This document shows, one piece after another, positions 1 through 9,315 of a stretch of 64,000 nucleotides of DNA. Position 1 is the stretch's first letter. Each line of letters begins with the position of its first letter. The notes below the pieces were generated by a model. It had not been told where the DNA came from and did no database searches. It saw only the letters and a program-made list of their open reading frames with translations. The stretch comes from Armatimonadota bacterium. Lineage in GTDB: Bacteria > Sysuimicrobiota > Sysuimicrobiia > Sysuimicrobiales > Kaftiobacteriaceae. The position numbers and the translations under genes were made by a program. The stretch covers positions 11,738-75,737 of the forward strand of contig JBBIUY010000011.1 in the NCBI GenBank assembly GCA_037440005.1, in the 5' to 3' direction.

Positions 1-26
1 CCATTTCCTCCGACGTGGGGGGTCCG

Positions 27-1340
27 ATGCGCTCGCTCACCGTCGGCCCGCACGCCTACCCGGTCAACGCCCGCGGGCACCTGGAGATCGGCGGGGTGGA
101 CGCCCTGGATCTGGCCCGGCAGTTCGGCACGCCCCTGTACGTGCTGGACGAGGACCGCCTGCGGAACAACTGCCGCCGGTACCGGACGGCGCTGGCGCAG
201 ACCTACGGGGACGGCCGGGTGGTGTACGCCAGCAAGGCGTGTTGCATCCTCGCCACCTGCCAGATCGCCACCCAGGAGGGGCTGGGGGTGGACGTGGCCT
301 CCGGCGGCGAGCTGCACACCGCCCTGCGGGCCGGGGTGCCGCCTGCGGACCTGATCTTCCACGGCAGCAACAAGACGGCCCAGGAGGTGGCCGAGGGGCT
401 GCGGGCGGGCGTGGGCCGCTTCGTGGTGGACAACGACCACGAACTGGACCTGCTGGACGACCTTACCACCCGCCTGGGCGTGACCGCCGACGTCCTGCTG
501 CGGGTGACCCCGGGCGTCGAGCCGCACACCCACCGGTCCATCCGGACCGGGGGCGTGGACAGCAAGTTCGGGTTCCCCCTGGCCACCGGCCACGCCCGCC
601 GGGCGGCCGCCCGGGTGCTGCAGAGCCCCCGGCTGCGACTGCGGGGCCTGCACGCCCACATCGGGTCCCAGATCGCGGACCTGGACCCGTTCCGCCAGGC
701 GGCGGAGGCGGTGGTGGAGTTCGCCGCCACGCTGCGGGACGCGTGGGGCGTCGGCGTGGAGGAAGTCAACCTGGGCGGGGGGCTGGCCATCCGGTACCTG
801 TCCACCGACACCCCGCCGACCATCGAGGCCTACGTGGCCGCCGTGGGGGAGGCGGTGGCCGCCGCCGCCGCCCGGTGCCGTCTGCCCCGGCCGCGGCTGT
901 ACCTGGAACCGGGGCGGTCCATCGTGGGGGATGCGGGGGTCACCCTCTACACCGTGGGAGCCGTCAAGACCATCCCGGGCGTGCGCACCTACGTTTCGGT
1001 GGACGGCGGGATGTACGAGAACCCCCGGCCGGCGCTGTACGGGGCCCGGTACGAGGCGGTGGTGGCGGACCGGCCGCTGGCGGCGCCCGAGCAGACGGTG
1101 GCCCTGGCCGGCCGGTGCTGCGAGTCGGGGGACGTGCTCATCTGGGAGGCCGCCCTGCCGCCGGTCCGCAGCGGGGACGTGGTGGCGATGTTCTCCACCG
1201 GCGCGTACACCTACTCCATGGCCAGCAACTACAACCGCTTCCCCCGCCCGGCGGTGGTCCTGGCCGGGGGCGGGCGGGCGCGGGTGGTGGTGGAGCGGGA
1301 GACCTACGACGACCTGATCCGCAAGGACGTTCCCCTCTGA
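27..1340 (+). CDS. lysA: Diaminopimelate decarboxylase
   Basis: YASKA (PLP Lys), HIGSQI, EPGRSIV, CESGD, GAYTYSMASNYN motifs; ATG at 27 (GTG at 15 is an alternative). Confidence 0.95.
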   Translation: MRSLTVGPHAYPVNARGHLEIGGVDALDLARQFGTPLYVLDEDRLRNNCRRYRTALAQTYGDGRVVYASKACCILATCQIATQEGLGVDVASGGELHTALRAGVPPADLIFHGSNKTAQEVAEGLRAGVGRFVVDNDHELDLLDDLTTRLGVTADVLLRVTPGVEPHTHRSIRTGGVDSKFGFPLATGHARRAAARVLQSPRLRLRGLHAHIGSQIADLDPFRQAAEAVVEFAATLRDAWGVGVEEVNLGGGLAIRYLSTDTPPTIEAYVAAVGEAVAAAAARCRLPRPRLYLEPGRSIVGDAGVTLYTVGAVKTIPGVRTYVSVDGGMYENPRPALYGARYEAVVADRPLAAPEQTVALAGRCCESGDVLIWEAALPPVRSGDVVAMFSTGAYTYSMASNYNRFPRPAVVLAGGGRARVVVERETYDDLIRKDVPL

Positions 1341-1410
1341 TCCGCGAACTCCCTGCGTGTGCGACGGTGGGCAGGCGCGGTGAGTCCGCCGCCCCGGGAG
1401 GAGGTCGGAC

Positions 1411-2028
1411 GTGTGGGGTGATCCCGCATCCCTCCTGGTGGTGGCCGTGGCGCTGGTGGTGGCCGCCACGGTCCACGAGTACGCCCACGCCTACGTGGCC
1501 GACCGGCTGGGCGACCCGACCCCGCGCCGGCAGGGCCGGCTCACCCTCAACCCCCTCGCCCACCTGGACCCGGTGGGGTCGGTCCTGATCCTGCTGATGG
1601 GGTTCGGGTGGGCCCGTCCGGTGCCCATCACCCCCGCCGTGTTCGCGCACCCCCGTCGGGACGCCATGCTGGTCGCCGCCGCCGGTCCGCTGGCCAACAT
1701 CACGCTGCTGTTCGTCCTGGGCGCGCCGTTTAAGCTCGGCCTGCTGGATCCCGCCGCCGGGGACCCCGCGCCGCTGGTGAGGCTGCTGGCGGTGTCCTTG
1801 CGGATCAACGCCATGCTGGCCACCTTCAACCTGCTGCCGGTGCCGCCCCTGGACGGATCCCGGATTCTGGAAGGCCTGCTGCCGCCCGGCCCGGCCGCCG
1901 CCTACGCTCGGCTGCAGCCCTACGGGATGTGGATCCTGCTGGCCCTGGTCCTCACCCGCGCCCTGTCGGCGGTCCTGGTTCCTCCCATGCGCTGGCTGGT
2001 GGCCCAGGCCGCGGGGTCGGCGTTTTGA
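1411..2028 (+). CDS. Site-2 protease family (M50) membrane metalloprotease
   Basis: HEYAH, AAGPLAN, FNLLPVPPLDG; SD GGAGGAGGT upstream. Confidence 0.9.
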   Translation: MWGDPASLLVVAVALVVAATVHEYAHAYVADRLGDPTPRRQGRLTLNPLAHLDPVGSVLILLMGFGWARPVPITPAVFAHPRRDAMLVAAAGPLANITLLFVLGAPFKLGLLDPAAGDPAPLVRLLAVSLRINAMLATFNLLPVPPLDGSRILEGLLPPGPAAAYARLQPYGMWILLALVLTRALSAVLVPPMRWLVAQAAGSAF

Positions 2029-2050
2029 GCCCGGAGAGGAGGGAGCGGGG

Positions 2051-2770
2051 ATCCGGTACACGGTAAAGACGCCGCAGTTCGAGGGCCCGCTCGACCTGCT
2101 GCTCCACCTGGCCCAACAGGGGCAGGTGGACCTGCGGGAGGTGGAGGTGGGCCGGCTGGCCGAGGAGTACCTGGAGGCCTCCTCCTCCGGGGTCGACCTG
2201 GACGAGGCCACCGAGGTCCTGTGGACGCTGGCGGCCCTCATCGAGCTCAAGTCCCGGCTGCTGCTTCCCCGGCCGGCCCCGTCGGCGGAGGAGGAGGAGG
2301 CTGCGGCCGACGAGGAGCCCTCGGACCTGCAGGAGCGCCTGGAGGAGCACCTGCGGGAGTACCGGGCCTTCAAGGAGGTGGCCACGGCGCTGCGCGCTCT
2401 GGAGGAATACCAGGCGCGCGTCTTCGCCCGACCGCGGGCCGAGGACCCGTCGGCGGTCCTGCTGGAGGGCGTCACCCTCGACGACCTGTTCCGGGCCTTC
2501 CAGCAGGTCCTGCAGCGGGCGGCCCGGCAGGTGGGGGAGGTGGCCGGAGAGGAGGTGCGGGTGGCCGATCGGATGGAGGCCATCCTGGCGCTGGTGGACG
2601 CCCACCCCCAGGGAGTGGAGTTCGCCGCCCTGTTCGACGGGCCGGTGACGACCCTGGTGGTGATCGTCACCTTCCTGGCCCTGCTGGAACTCATCCGCAC
2701 CCGCCGGATCCGCGCCCGGCAGGACGAGCCCTTCGGTCCCATCCGGCTGTACCGCGCGCCCGAGCCATGA
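2051..2770 (+). CDS. scpA: Segregation/condensation protein A (kleisin); probable ATC start
   Basis: FEGPLDLLL lies upstream of the first canonical start (GTG 2126); C-terminal TFLALLEL...Q..PFGPI; SD AGGAGG then ATC at 2051. Confidence 0.9.
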   Translation: MRYTVKTPQFEGPLDLLLHLAQQGQVDLREVEVGRLAEEYLEASSSGVDLDEATEVLWTLAALIELKSRLLLPRPAPSAEEEEAAADEEPSDLQERLEEHLREYRAFKEVATALRALEEYQARVFARPRAEDPSAVLLEGVTLDDLFRAFQQVLQRAARQVGEVAGEEVRVADRMEAILALVDAHPQGVEFAALFDGPVTTLVVIVTFLALLELIRTRRIRARQDEPFGPIRLYRAPEP

Positions 2771-3363
2771 CGCTGCCCGGCGGGCTGGCACCGCATCCCG
2801 ACGACCTGGACCTGGACGAGCTCAAGCGGGCGGTGGAGTGCATCCTGCTGGTGAGCGGAGGGCCGGTCACCATAGAGCAGCTGGTCCAGGCCCTCCAGGC
2901 GCCTCCGCAGACGGTGCACGCGCTGCTGTGGGAGCTGCAGCAGGACTACCGGGGCCGCGGCCTGCAGGTGCAGGCCGTGGCGGGAGGGTTCCAGCTGTGC
3001 ACCCGGCCGGAGCTGGCCGCCTACGTCCAGCGCTTTTTGGGCCTGGACCACCGGGAGCCGCTGTCCCAGGCGGCCCTGGAGACCCTGGCCATCGTCGCCT
3101 ACCGCCAGCCCGTCACCCGCGCCGAGATCGAGGCGGTCCGGGGGGTGCGCTCGGACCACGTGCTGGAGCGGTTGCTCGAACGCCACCTGATCCGCGAGGT
3201 GGGTCGCAAGCAGGCCGTCGGGCGCCCCATCCTTTACGGGACGACCGAGGGATTTCTGCGCTACTTCGGACTGCGCAGCCTGGACGATCTGCCGCCTCTG
3301 GGAGACGATGACCCGCGCACGGCGCTGGACGGGGTGTCCCCCGACCCGGACCAGCAGGGCTGA
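2767..3363 (+). CDS. scpB: SMC-Scp complex subunit B
   Basis: LSQAALETLAIVAYRQPVTRAEIEAVRGV, GRPILYGTT; ATGA overlap with scpA. Confidence 0.95.
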   Translation: MTLPGGLAPHPDDLDLDELKRAVECILLVSGGPVTIEQLVQALQAPPQTVHALLWELQQDYRGRGLQVQAVAGGFQLCTRPELAAYVQRFLGLDHREPLSQAALETLAIVAYRQPVTRAEIEAVRGVRSDHVLERLLERHLIREVGRKQAVGRPILYGTTEGFLRYFGLRSLDDLPPLGDDDPRTALDGVSPDPDQQG

Positions 3364-4174
3364 GGTCCGCCCGGTACTGGCCGGGGCGGCGGTGCTGCTG
3401 GCGGTGGCGGCCGCCGCCCCGGCGCCGGTCGTGGTGGAGGCGGCTGCGGCCGTGCTGGTGGAGGCGGACAGCGGGCGGGTCCTGTACGCGCACCATCCCG
3501 ACCGCCGGTGGCCGCCGGCCAGCACCACCAAGATGCTGACCGCGCTGCTGGCCGCCGAGGCGCTGGCCGACGACGCCACCGTGGTCATCAGCCCCCGGGC
3601 CGAGGGGGAACGGGTGGGCGCCGTGCTGGGGGTGAGGGCGGGCGAGCGGTGGCGGGTCGGCGACCTGCTGGCGGCTCTGCTGCTGATCTCGGCCAACGAC
3701 GCCGCCGTCGCCCTGGCGGAAGGGGTGGACGGGTCGGTGGAGGCGTTCGTCGCGCGGATGAACGCCCGGGCGCGGCAGTGGGGGCTGGCGCACTCGCGCT
3801 TTGTCACCCCCCACGGGTGGCCCCGGCCCGGTCACTACAGCACGGCCGCCGACCTGGCGGCGCTGGCGCGGCACCTGCTGCGCAACGAGCGCCTGGCGGC
3901 CCTGGTCCGATCCCGCACCCGGACCATCACGCGGCCCGGGGGAACGGTCCAGACCCTGGTCAACACCAACCGGCTGCTGTGGCTGTACCCCGGAGCCGAC
4001 GGCGTCAAGACGGGGTGGGTGGCCGACTCCGGCCCCTGCCTGGTGGGGTCGGCGCGCCAGGGAGAGCGCCGGCTGGTGGTGGTGCTGCTGAACGCGACGC
4101 CCCTGTACGAGCAGGCGGCGGCGCTGCTGGACTACGGGTTCGCCCGCTCGGGCGGTCCGGCGGGAGGACGATGA
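3308..4174 (+). CDS. D-alanyl-D-alanine carboxypeptidase (peptidase S11); start uncertain
   Basis: PASTTK (SxxK), SAN (SxN), KTG motifs; hydrophobic signal-like segment. Confidence 0.85.
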   Translation: MTRARRWTGCPPTRTSRAEVRPVLAGAAVLLAVAAAAPAPVVVEAAAAVLVEADSGRVLYAHHPDRRWPPASTTKMLTALLAAEALADDATVVISPRAEGERVGAVLGVRAGERWRVGDLLAALLLISANDAAVALAEGVDGSVEAFVARMNARARQWGLAHSRFVTPHGWPRPGHYSTAADLAALARHLLRNERLAALVRSRTRTITRPGGTVQTLVNTNRLLWLYPGADGVKTGWVADSGPCLVGSARQGERRLVVVLLNATPLYEQAAALLDYGFARSGGPAGGR

Positions 4175-4563
4175 AGCGCCTGTACCGGTCGCGCACCGAC
4201 CGCTGGATCGCGGGCGTCTGCGGCGGCCTGGCCGCCTACCTGGACGTGGACGTCTCCGCGGTCCGGCTGGCGTTTGTGCTGCTGGCGTTCTGGAACGGCC
4301 TGGGGGTGGTGCTGTACCTCCTGCTGGTCCTGCTCGTTCCCGACGAACCGGTCCCGGAGGTGGTCACGGGGGTCGTCCCGCCGGCGGAGGACGAGCCCCA
4401 GCGGCGGGCGCGGACCCTGGGGGCCCTGCTGGTCCTGGCGGGCGCCTACCTGCTCGCCCAGCAGACCCCCCTGTTCGCCGTCCTGTTCCGCCAGAGCTGG
4501 GCGGGCGCGGTGCTGGTGGTCGGGGGCCTATTGGTCCTGCTGTTCTGGCCGCGGCGCCGCTAG
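4171..4563 (+). CDS. PspC domain membrane protein
   Basis: MKRLYRSRTDRWIAGVCGGLAAYL; additional TM helices; SD GGAGG. Confidence 0.9.
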   Translation: MKRLYRSRTDRWIAGVCGGLAAYLDVDVSAVRLAFVLLAFWNGLGVVLYLLLVLLVPDEPVPEVVTGVVPPAEDEPQRRARTLGALLVLAGAYLLAQQTPLFAVLFRQSWAGAVLVVGGLLVLLFWPRRR

Positions 4564-4682
4564 GGCGCGCCCCGCGCCCGGTGGTAGGAGGGCGTGCGGA
4601 CCCCGGGGAACTTCTCCACCGTGCGGATGAGGCCCGCCCGCACCTCCACCGCCGGGACGTCGTCTCCCTCGATGCGCCGCAT
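4560..4682 (-). pseudogene. Truncated remnant of CsaA/tRNA-binding OB-fold gene (40 aa)
   Basis: MRRIEGDDVPAVEVRAGLIRTVEKFPGVRTPSY resembles the CsaA N-terminus (DDF..VDIRVG.I..AE.FP.ARKPAY), then stops. Confidence 0.55.
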
Positions 4683-4736
4683 GGCCCCCCGGCCGGGTCA
4701 GGATTGCCGGGAGAACGTGGCCGGAGCCGGGGCGGG

Positions 4737-5417
4737 ATGAGCCTGCGGCGGAAGCCCATCGTGGCCATCGATGGGCCGGTGGGGGCGGGCAAGACCACCG
4801 TCGCCCGGGCGGTGGCCCGCGACCTGGGTTTTCGCCACGTGGACACCGGCGCCATGTACCGGTCGCTGGCGTGGGCGGCGCTGGACCGGGGAGTGGATCT
4901 CGCCGACGAGGCCGCGGTCACGGCCCTGGCCCGCTCGTTGCAGATCCACCTGGAGGACGCGCCCCTCGGCCAGCGGGTGCGGGTGGACGGCCGGGACGTC
5001 ACCGACGCCATCCGCGACCCGGCGGTCAGCGAGGCGGCGTCGGTGGTGAGCACCTACCCCGGAGTCCGGGAGGCGATGGTGGCCCACCAGCGGCGCCTGG
5101 GAGCCGGCGGCGGGGTGGTGATGGAGGGCAGGGACATCGGGACGGTGGTCTTCCCCGACGCGGAGGTCAAGGTGTTCCTCACCGCCTCCCTGGAGGAGCG
5201 GGCCCGGCGGCGGTACCAGCAGCTGCGCAGCCGGGGGGTGGCGGTCAGCCTGGAGGACGTCCGCCGGGCCGAGGAGGACCGGGACCGGCGCGACCGCACC
5301 CGCAGCCATTCTCCCCTGCAGCCCGCCCCCGACGCCACCGTGGTGGACACCACCGGCGTCCCCGTGGAGGAGGTGGTGCGGACCGTCCTGGCCCTGTGCC
5401 GGCGGGCGATGCGATGA
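4737..5417 (+). CDS. cmk: Cytidylate kinase
   Basis: AIDGPVGAGKTT, DTGAMYR, EGRDIGTVVFPDA. Confidence 0.95.
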   Translation: MSLRRKPIVAIDGPVGAGKTTVARAVARDLGFRHVDTGAMYRSLAWAALDRGVDLADEAAVTALARSLQIHLEDAPLGQRVRVDGRDVTDAIRDPAVSEAASVVSTYPGVREAMVAHQRRLGAGGGVVMEGRDIGTVVFPDAEVKVFLTASLEERARRRYQQLRSRGVAVSLEDVRRAEEDRDRRDRTRSHSPLQPAPDATVVDTTGVPVEEVVRTVLALCRRAMR

Positions 5418-6049
5418 GCACCCGGATCGTCTACCGGCTGTCGTGGATCGTCTTCGACCTCCTCTTCCGGATGCTGCGGATCCGGCGGCGGGTGGAAGGG
5501 CGGGAGCACGAGCCTGCCCCGCCCTACCTGATCGTGGCCAACCACGCCAGCGAGGCCGACATCCCCCTGGTGGGACTGTCGCTGCGCGCCCGGGTGTCGT
5601 TCATGGCCAAAGACGAGCTGCGGCGGCTGCCCCTGGTGGGGTGGTGGGTGCGCGGCAGCGGCAGCTTCTTCGTCCGGCGCGGGGCCCCCGACCGGGAGGC
5701 GGTGCGGGAGGCCCTGCGCATGCTCCGGCGCGGGTGGGCGGTGTGCCTGTTTGCCGAAGGTACCCGCAGCCGGGACGGGCGGCTGGGCGCGTTTCAGGAG
5801 GGAGCCGCCTACGTGGCACTCAAGGCCGGCGTCCCCGTTCTGCCGGTGGGGATCGCCGGCAGCCACCGGGTGCGGGTCTCCGGGTGGCGCCTGCCCGGCG
5901 GGGCGGAGGTGGTGGTCCGGCTGGGGCCGCCGGTGCTGCCCCGGGTGACCGGGACCGCCAGCCGGGACGCGGTGGCCGAGTGGACGGCGCGGCTGCGGGA
6001 CGCGGTGCGGGCGCTGCTGCCTCCGGACCAGCAGCCCGCCGACGCCTAG
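5414..6049 (+). CDS. plsC: 1-acyl-sn-glycerol-3-phosphate acyltransferase
   Basis: NHASEAD (HX4D), FAEGTRS; follows cmk. Confidence 0.85.
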   Translation: MSTRIVYRLSWIVFDLLFRMLRIRRRVEGREHEPAPPYLIVANHASEADIPLVGLSLRARVSFMAKDELRRLPLVGWWVRGSGSFFVRRGAPDREAVREALRMLRRGWAVCLFAEGTRSRDGRLGAFQEGAAYVALKAGVPVLPVGIAGSHRVRVSGWRLPGGAEVVVRLGPPVLPRVTGTASRDAVAEWTARLRDAVRALLPPDQQPADA

Positions 6050-6990
6050 CCCGCAGCCGTCGGGCCGGGCGGCGCGGTGCCGGGGCGGTCGGGCACCAGG
6101 ACCTCCAGGGCCTGCGGGACGATCCGGAACGTGGCCGGGACCGTCCCCACCACCTCCCCGTCGGCGTGGATGGCCAGAGGGGTGGAGCTGTCCACCCGCA
6201 CGGTGCGGGCGGTGGTGTGGGCCACCTTCGGGTGCAGCAGGTGTCGTCCGGAGAACACCGAGGGCAGGACCCGCAGGGTTTCCAGGGGGGAGAGGTCGGT
6301 GGCGTACACCACGGCCAGCGCCCCGTCGTCGATGCGGGCGTGGGGGGCCATGTACATGCCGCCGCCGTACCAGTTGGTGTTGGCCGCCGCCAGCAGGAAC
6401 AGGCGGACCCCGCGGGAGGAGCCGTCAATGGCCAGCGTGACGTCCACCGGACGGTAGGTCACCAGGGTGACCAGGATGCCCGTCACGTAGACGGCCGTCC
6501 CGCGGATCCACCGCGGCCACCGGTTGACCCGCCGCGCCACCTCGGCGTCGAATCCCACCCCGGAGATGGTGGCGTAGTACCGCCCGTTCACCTCGCCCAC
6601 GTCCACCCGACGCCGGGTCATCCGCGCCATCTCCCGGGCCGCGGCCACCGGGGAGAGGGGGACGCCCAGGCAGCGGGCGAAGTCGTTGGCGGTGCCCTCG
6701 GGAATCAGGGCCAGCGGCGGCGGAGCGTCGCCGCGCAGCAGGCCGTTGATCACCCAGTGGGTGGTGCCGTCGCCGCCCGCGGCCACCACCACGTCGCAGG
6801 CGCCTCCGGCCCGCCGGGCGAGCGCCTCCGCCTCCTGGGGCGAGCGGGTGATCACCTCGTCCACCGCCCACCCGGTCTGCTCCAGCACCCGCCGCACCTG
6901 GGGCCAGGTGCGGCGGGCGCGGCCCCGGGCGGCGAAGGGGTTGATGAGGACCAGGGCCCGGCCGGTCCCCGCGCGCGGGCTGGGCGACAC
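6046..6990 (-). CDS. Diacylglycerol kinase family lipid kinase (YegS/DgkB-like)
   Basis: INP, AGGDGT, GTANDFAR, YGGG, ADGE. Confidence 0.9.
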   Translation of the reverse strand: MSPSPRAGTGRALVLINPFAARGRARRTWPQVRRVLEQTGWAVDEVITRSPQEAEALARRAGGACDVVVAAGGDGTTHWVINGLLRGDAPPPLALIPEGTANDFARCLGVPLSPVAAAREMARMTRRRVDVGEVNGRYYATISGVGFDAEVARRVNRWPRWIRGTAVYVTGILVTLVTYRPVDVTLAIDGSSRGVRLFLLAAANTNWYGGGMYMAPHARIDDGALAVVYATDLSPLETLRVLPSVFSGRHLLHPKVAHTTARTVRVDSSTPLAIHADGEVVGTVPATFRIVPQALEVLVPDRPGTAPPGPTAAG

Positions 6991-7035
6991 GCATGGCGTA
7001 TACGGCGGCGGCGCGTCCTCCTCCTGTGTTCCGCG

Positions 7036-7063
7036 TTGACACCCCCCCGGCCCGGTGTATGCT
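7036..7063 (+). promoter_or_regulatory. Sigma70-type promoter of ispH-der-plsY
   Basis: TTGACA-16-TATGCT; ATG 7 nt downstream. Confidence 0.65.
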
Positions 7064-7070
7064 AGGGGCG

Positions 7071-7931
7071 ATGGAGATCGTGGTGGCCAAGCACATGGGC
7101 TTCTGCGGCGGAGTCCGCCGGGCGGTGGAGATGGCCCGGGCGACGGCCGCCGCCGGAGGTCCGGCGGTCACCTGGGGGCCCCTCATCCACAACCCCCAGG
7201 TGGTCTCCCGCTTGGAGCAGGACGGCGTGCGGGTGGCCACCGACTTCGACCAGCTGTCCGGCGAGTCGTTCGTGGTCTCGGCCTACGGGGTGGAACAGGC
7301 CGTCCTCGCCGCGGCCCGGGCGCGGGGGATGCGCATCGTGGACGCCACCTGCCCCGTGGTGATCCGGGCCCATTCGCTGGCCCTGCGGCTGGTGGAGGAA
7401 GGCTACCAGCTCATCGTGGTGGGAGACCACGGACACCCGGAGATGGTGACCCTCAAGGAGGCGCTGGGCGACCGGGTGACCGTCGTGCACACCCGGGAGG
7501 AAGCCGCCCGGGTGCCGGTACGGGGCAAGGTGGCGGTGATGTCCCAGACCACCCAGGCCCGGGAGAACTTCCGCCAGATCGTGGGAGACCTGAGCCTGCG
7601 CGCCCGGGAGCTGCGGGTGGTCAACACCCTCTGCCCGGCCATCACCGTCCGCCAGGAGGAAGCCGAGCGGCTGGTGGACGAGGTGGACGTCCTGGTGGTG
7701 GTGGGCGGCCGCCACAGCGCCAACACCACCCGCCTGTGGGAGATCGGCCGGGCCCGCGGGCGGCCCACCTACCACATCGAGGTGGCCGACGAGCTCCGGC
7801 CCGACTGGTTTTGCGGCGCCCGGCGCGTCGGGGTGATGTCGGGAGCCAGCACGCCCGACTGGATCATCGCCGAGGTGCTGGCGCGGCTGGAGGAGATCGC
7901 CGCCCGCCTGCCCGCACCGGCGGCCCCCTAG
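7071..7931 (+). CDS. ispH: 4-hydroxy-3-methylbut-2-enyl diphosphate reductase
   Basis: GFCGGV, IHN, DATCP, GHPE, SQTT, TLCPA, SGASTP. Confidence 0.93.
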   Translation: MEIVVAKHMGFCGGVRRAVEMARATAAAGGPAVTWGPLIHNPQVVSRLEQDGVRVATDFDQLSGESFVVSAYGVEQAVLAAARARGMRIVDATCPVVIRAHSLALRLVEEGYQLIVVGDHGHPEMVTLKEALGDRVTVVHTREEAARVPVRGKVAVMSQTTQARENFRQIVGDLSLRARELRVVNTLCPAITVRQEEAERLVDEVDVLVVVGGRHSANTTRLWEIGRARGRPTYHIEVADELRPDWFCGARRVGVMSGASTPDWIIAEVLARLEEIAARLPAPAAP

Positions 7932-7986
7932 GCGCCCGCGCGGGGGACGGCCGGGCGGGCGCGACCGCCAGCCTCCTGCAGGACCG

Positions 7987-9315
7987 ATGCCTGCGCCCGT
8001 CGTGGTGATCGTCGGCCGCCCCAACGTGGGCAAGTCGGCCCTGTTCAACCGCCTGGTGGGCCGGCGGACCGCCATCGTGGAGGACATCCCCGGCATCACC
8101 CGGGACCGCCTGCACGGCCGGGCGGTCTGGCGGGGGCGGGAGTTTGAGGTCGTGGACACCGGCGGGCTGCTGTCCCACCCCACCGAGCCCCTCCAGGAGC
8201 AGGTCCAGCGCCAGGTCGCCCGGGCCCTGGAGGAGGCCGACCTGGTGCTGTTCGTGGTGGACGCCCGCGCCGGGGTGCTGCCCGAGGACCGGGACATCGC
8301 CCAGCGCCTGCGGGAGAGCCGCCGGCCGGTGGTGCTGGTCGCCAACAAAGCCGACCGCCCGGGCCATCCCGGGGTCTACGAGATGTACGAACTGGGGATG
8401 GGCGATCCCCTGGCGGTCTCGGCGCTGCACGGCCTGGGCATCTCCGATCTGCTGGACCGGGTGGTGGAGCTGCTGCCCGCCGGCGAGCCGGAGGACCGCG
8501 CCCCGGAGGTCCCGGTGGCGGTGGTGGGGCGGCCCAACGTGGGCAAGTCCTCCCTGGTCAACGCCATCCTGGGCGAGGAGCGGGTCCTCGTGGACGCCGC
8601 CCCCGGCACCACCCGGGACGCGGTGGACACCCCCTTCGTCCGCGGCGACCGGCGCTTCGTCCTCATCGACACCGCCGGGCTGCGCCGCAAAGCCCGGATC
8701 AGCGACCTGGTGGAGCGCTACAGCGTGACCCGCACCCTCCGGGCCGTGGACCGCGCCCACGTGGTGGTGCTGGTCCTGGACGCCTCCCAGCCGCCGGCGG
8801 ATCAGGACCAGGAGATTGCCCGCCTGACCAGCGAGCGCGGCCGGGCGCTGGTCCTGGCGGTGACCAAGTGGGACCTGGTGAGCCCGTCCCCCGAGCCCCG
8901 GGACGCGATCCTGGCCCCGGTGCGGGCCGCGATGCGGTTTGTCTCCTACGCCCCGGTGGTGGTCACCTCGGCGGTGCGCGGGTGGGGGATCGGCGCCCTG
9001 GTGGACCGGGTGGCGGAGGCGGCGGACGCCCACGCCCGGCGGGTGGCCACCGGGCCGCTCAACCGCGTGCTGGCCGAGGCCGAGGCGGCGCACCCGCCGC
9101 CGACCGACGGCGCCGGGCGCCACCTGAAGATCTACTACGCGACCCAGCCCGCCGTCCGGCCGCCCACCATCGTCCTGTTTGTCAACGACCCCGACCTGGT
9201 GACCGAGGACTACCGGCGGTACCTGGACGCCCGGCTGCGGGCGGCGTTTGACTTCCGGGGGACGCCTCTGCGCCTGGTGTTCCGGGCCCGGGAGCGGGCG
9301 GCGGCGCGTCGGTGA
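7987..9315 (+). CDS. der: Ribosome biogenesis GTPase Der (EngA)
   Basis: Two GRPNVGKS P-loops, DTGG/DTAG, KH-like C-terminus. Confidence 0.96.
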   Translation: MPAPVVVIVGRPNVGKSALFNRLVGRRTAIVEDIPGITRDRLHGRAVWRGREFEVVDTGGLLSHPTEPLQEQVQRQVARALEEADLVLFVVDARAGVLPEDRDIAQRLRESRRPVVLVANKADRPGHPGVYEMYELGMGDPLAVSALHGLGISDLLDRVVELLPAGEPEDRAPEVPVAVVGRPNVGKSSLVNAILGEERVLVDAAPGTTRDAVDTPFVRGDRRFVLIDTAGLRRKARISDLVERYSVTRTLRAVDRAHVVVLVLDASQPPADQDQEIARLTSERGRALVLAVTKWDLVSPSPEPRDAILAPVRAAMRFVSYAPVVVTSAVRGWGIGALVDRVAEAADAHARRVATGPLNRVLAEAEAAHPPPTDGAGRHLKIYYATQPAVRPPTIVLFVNDPDLVTEDYRRYLDARLRAAFDFRGTPLRLVFRARERAAARR

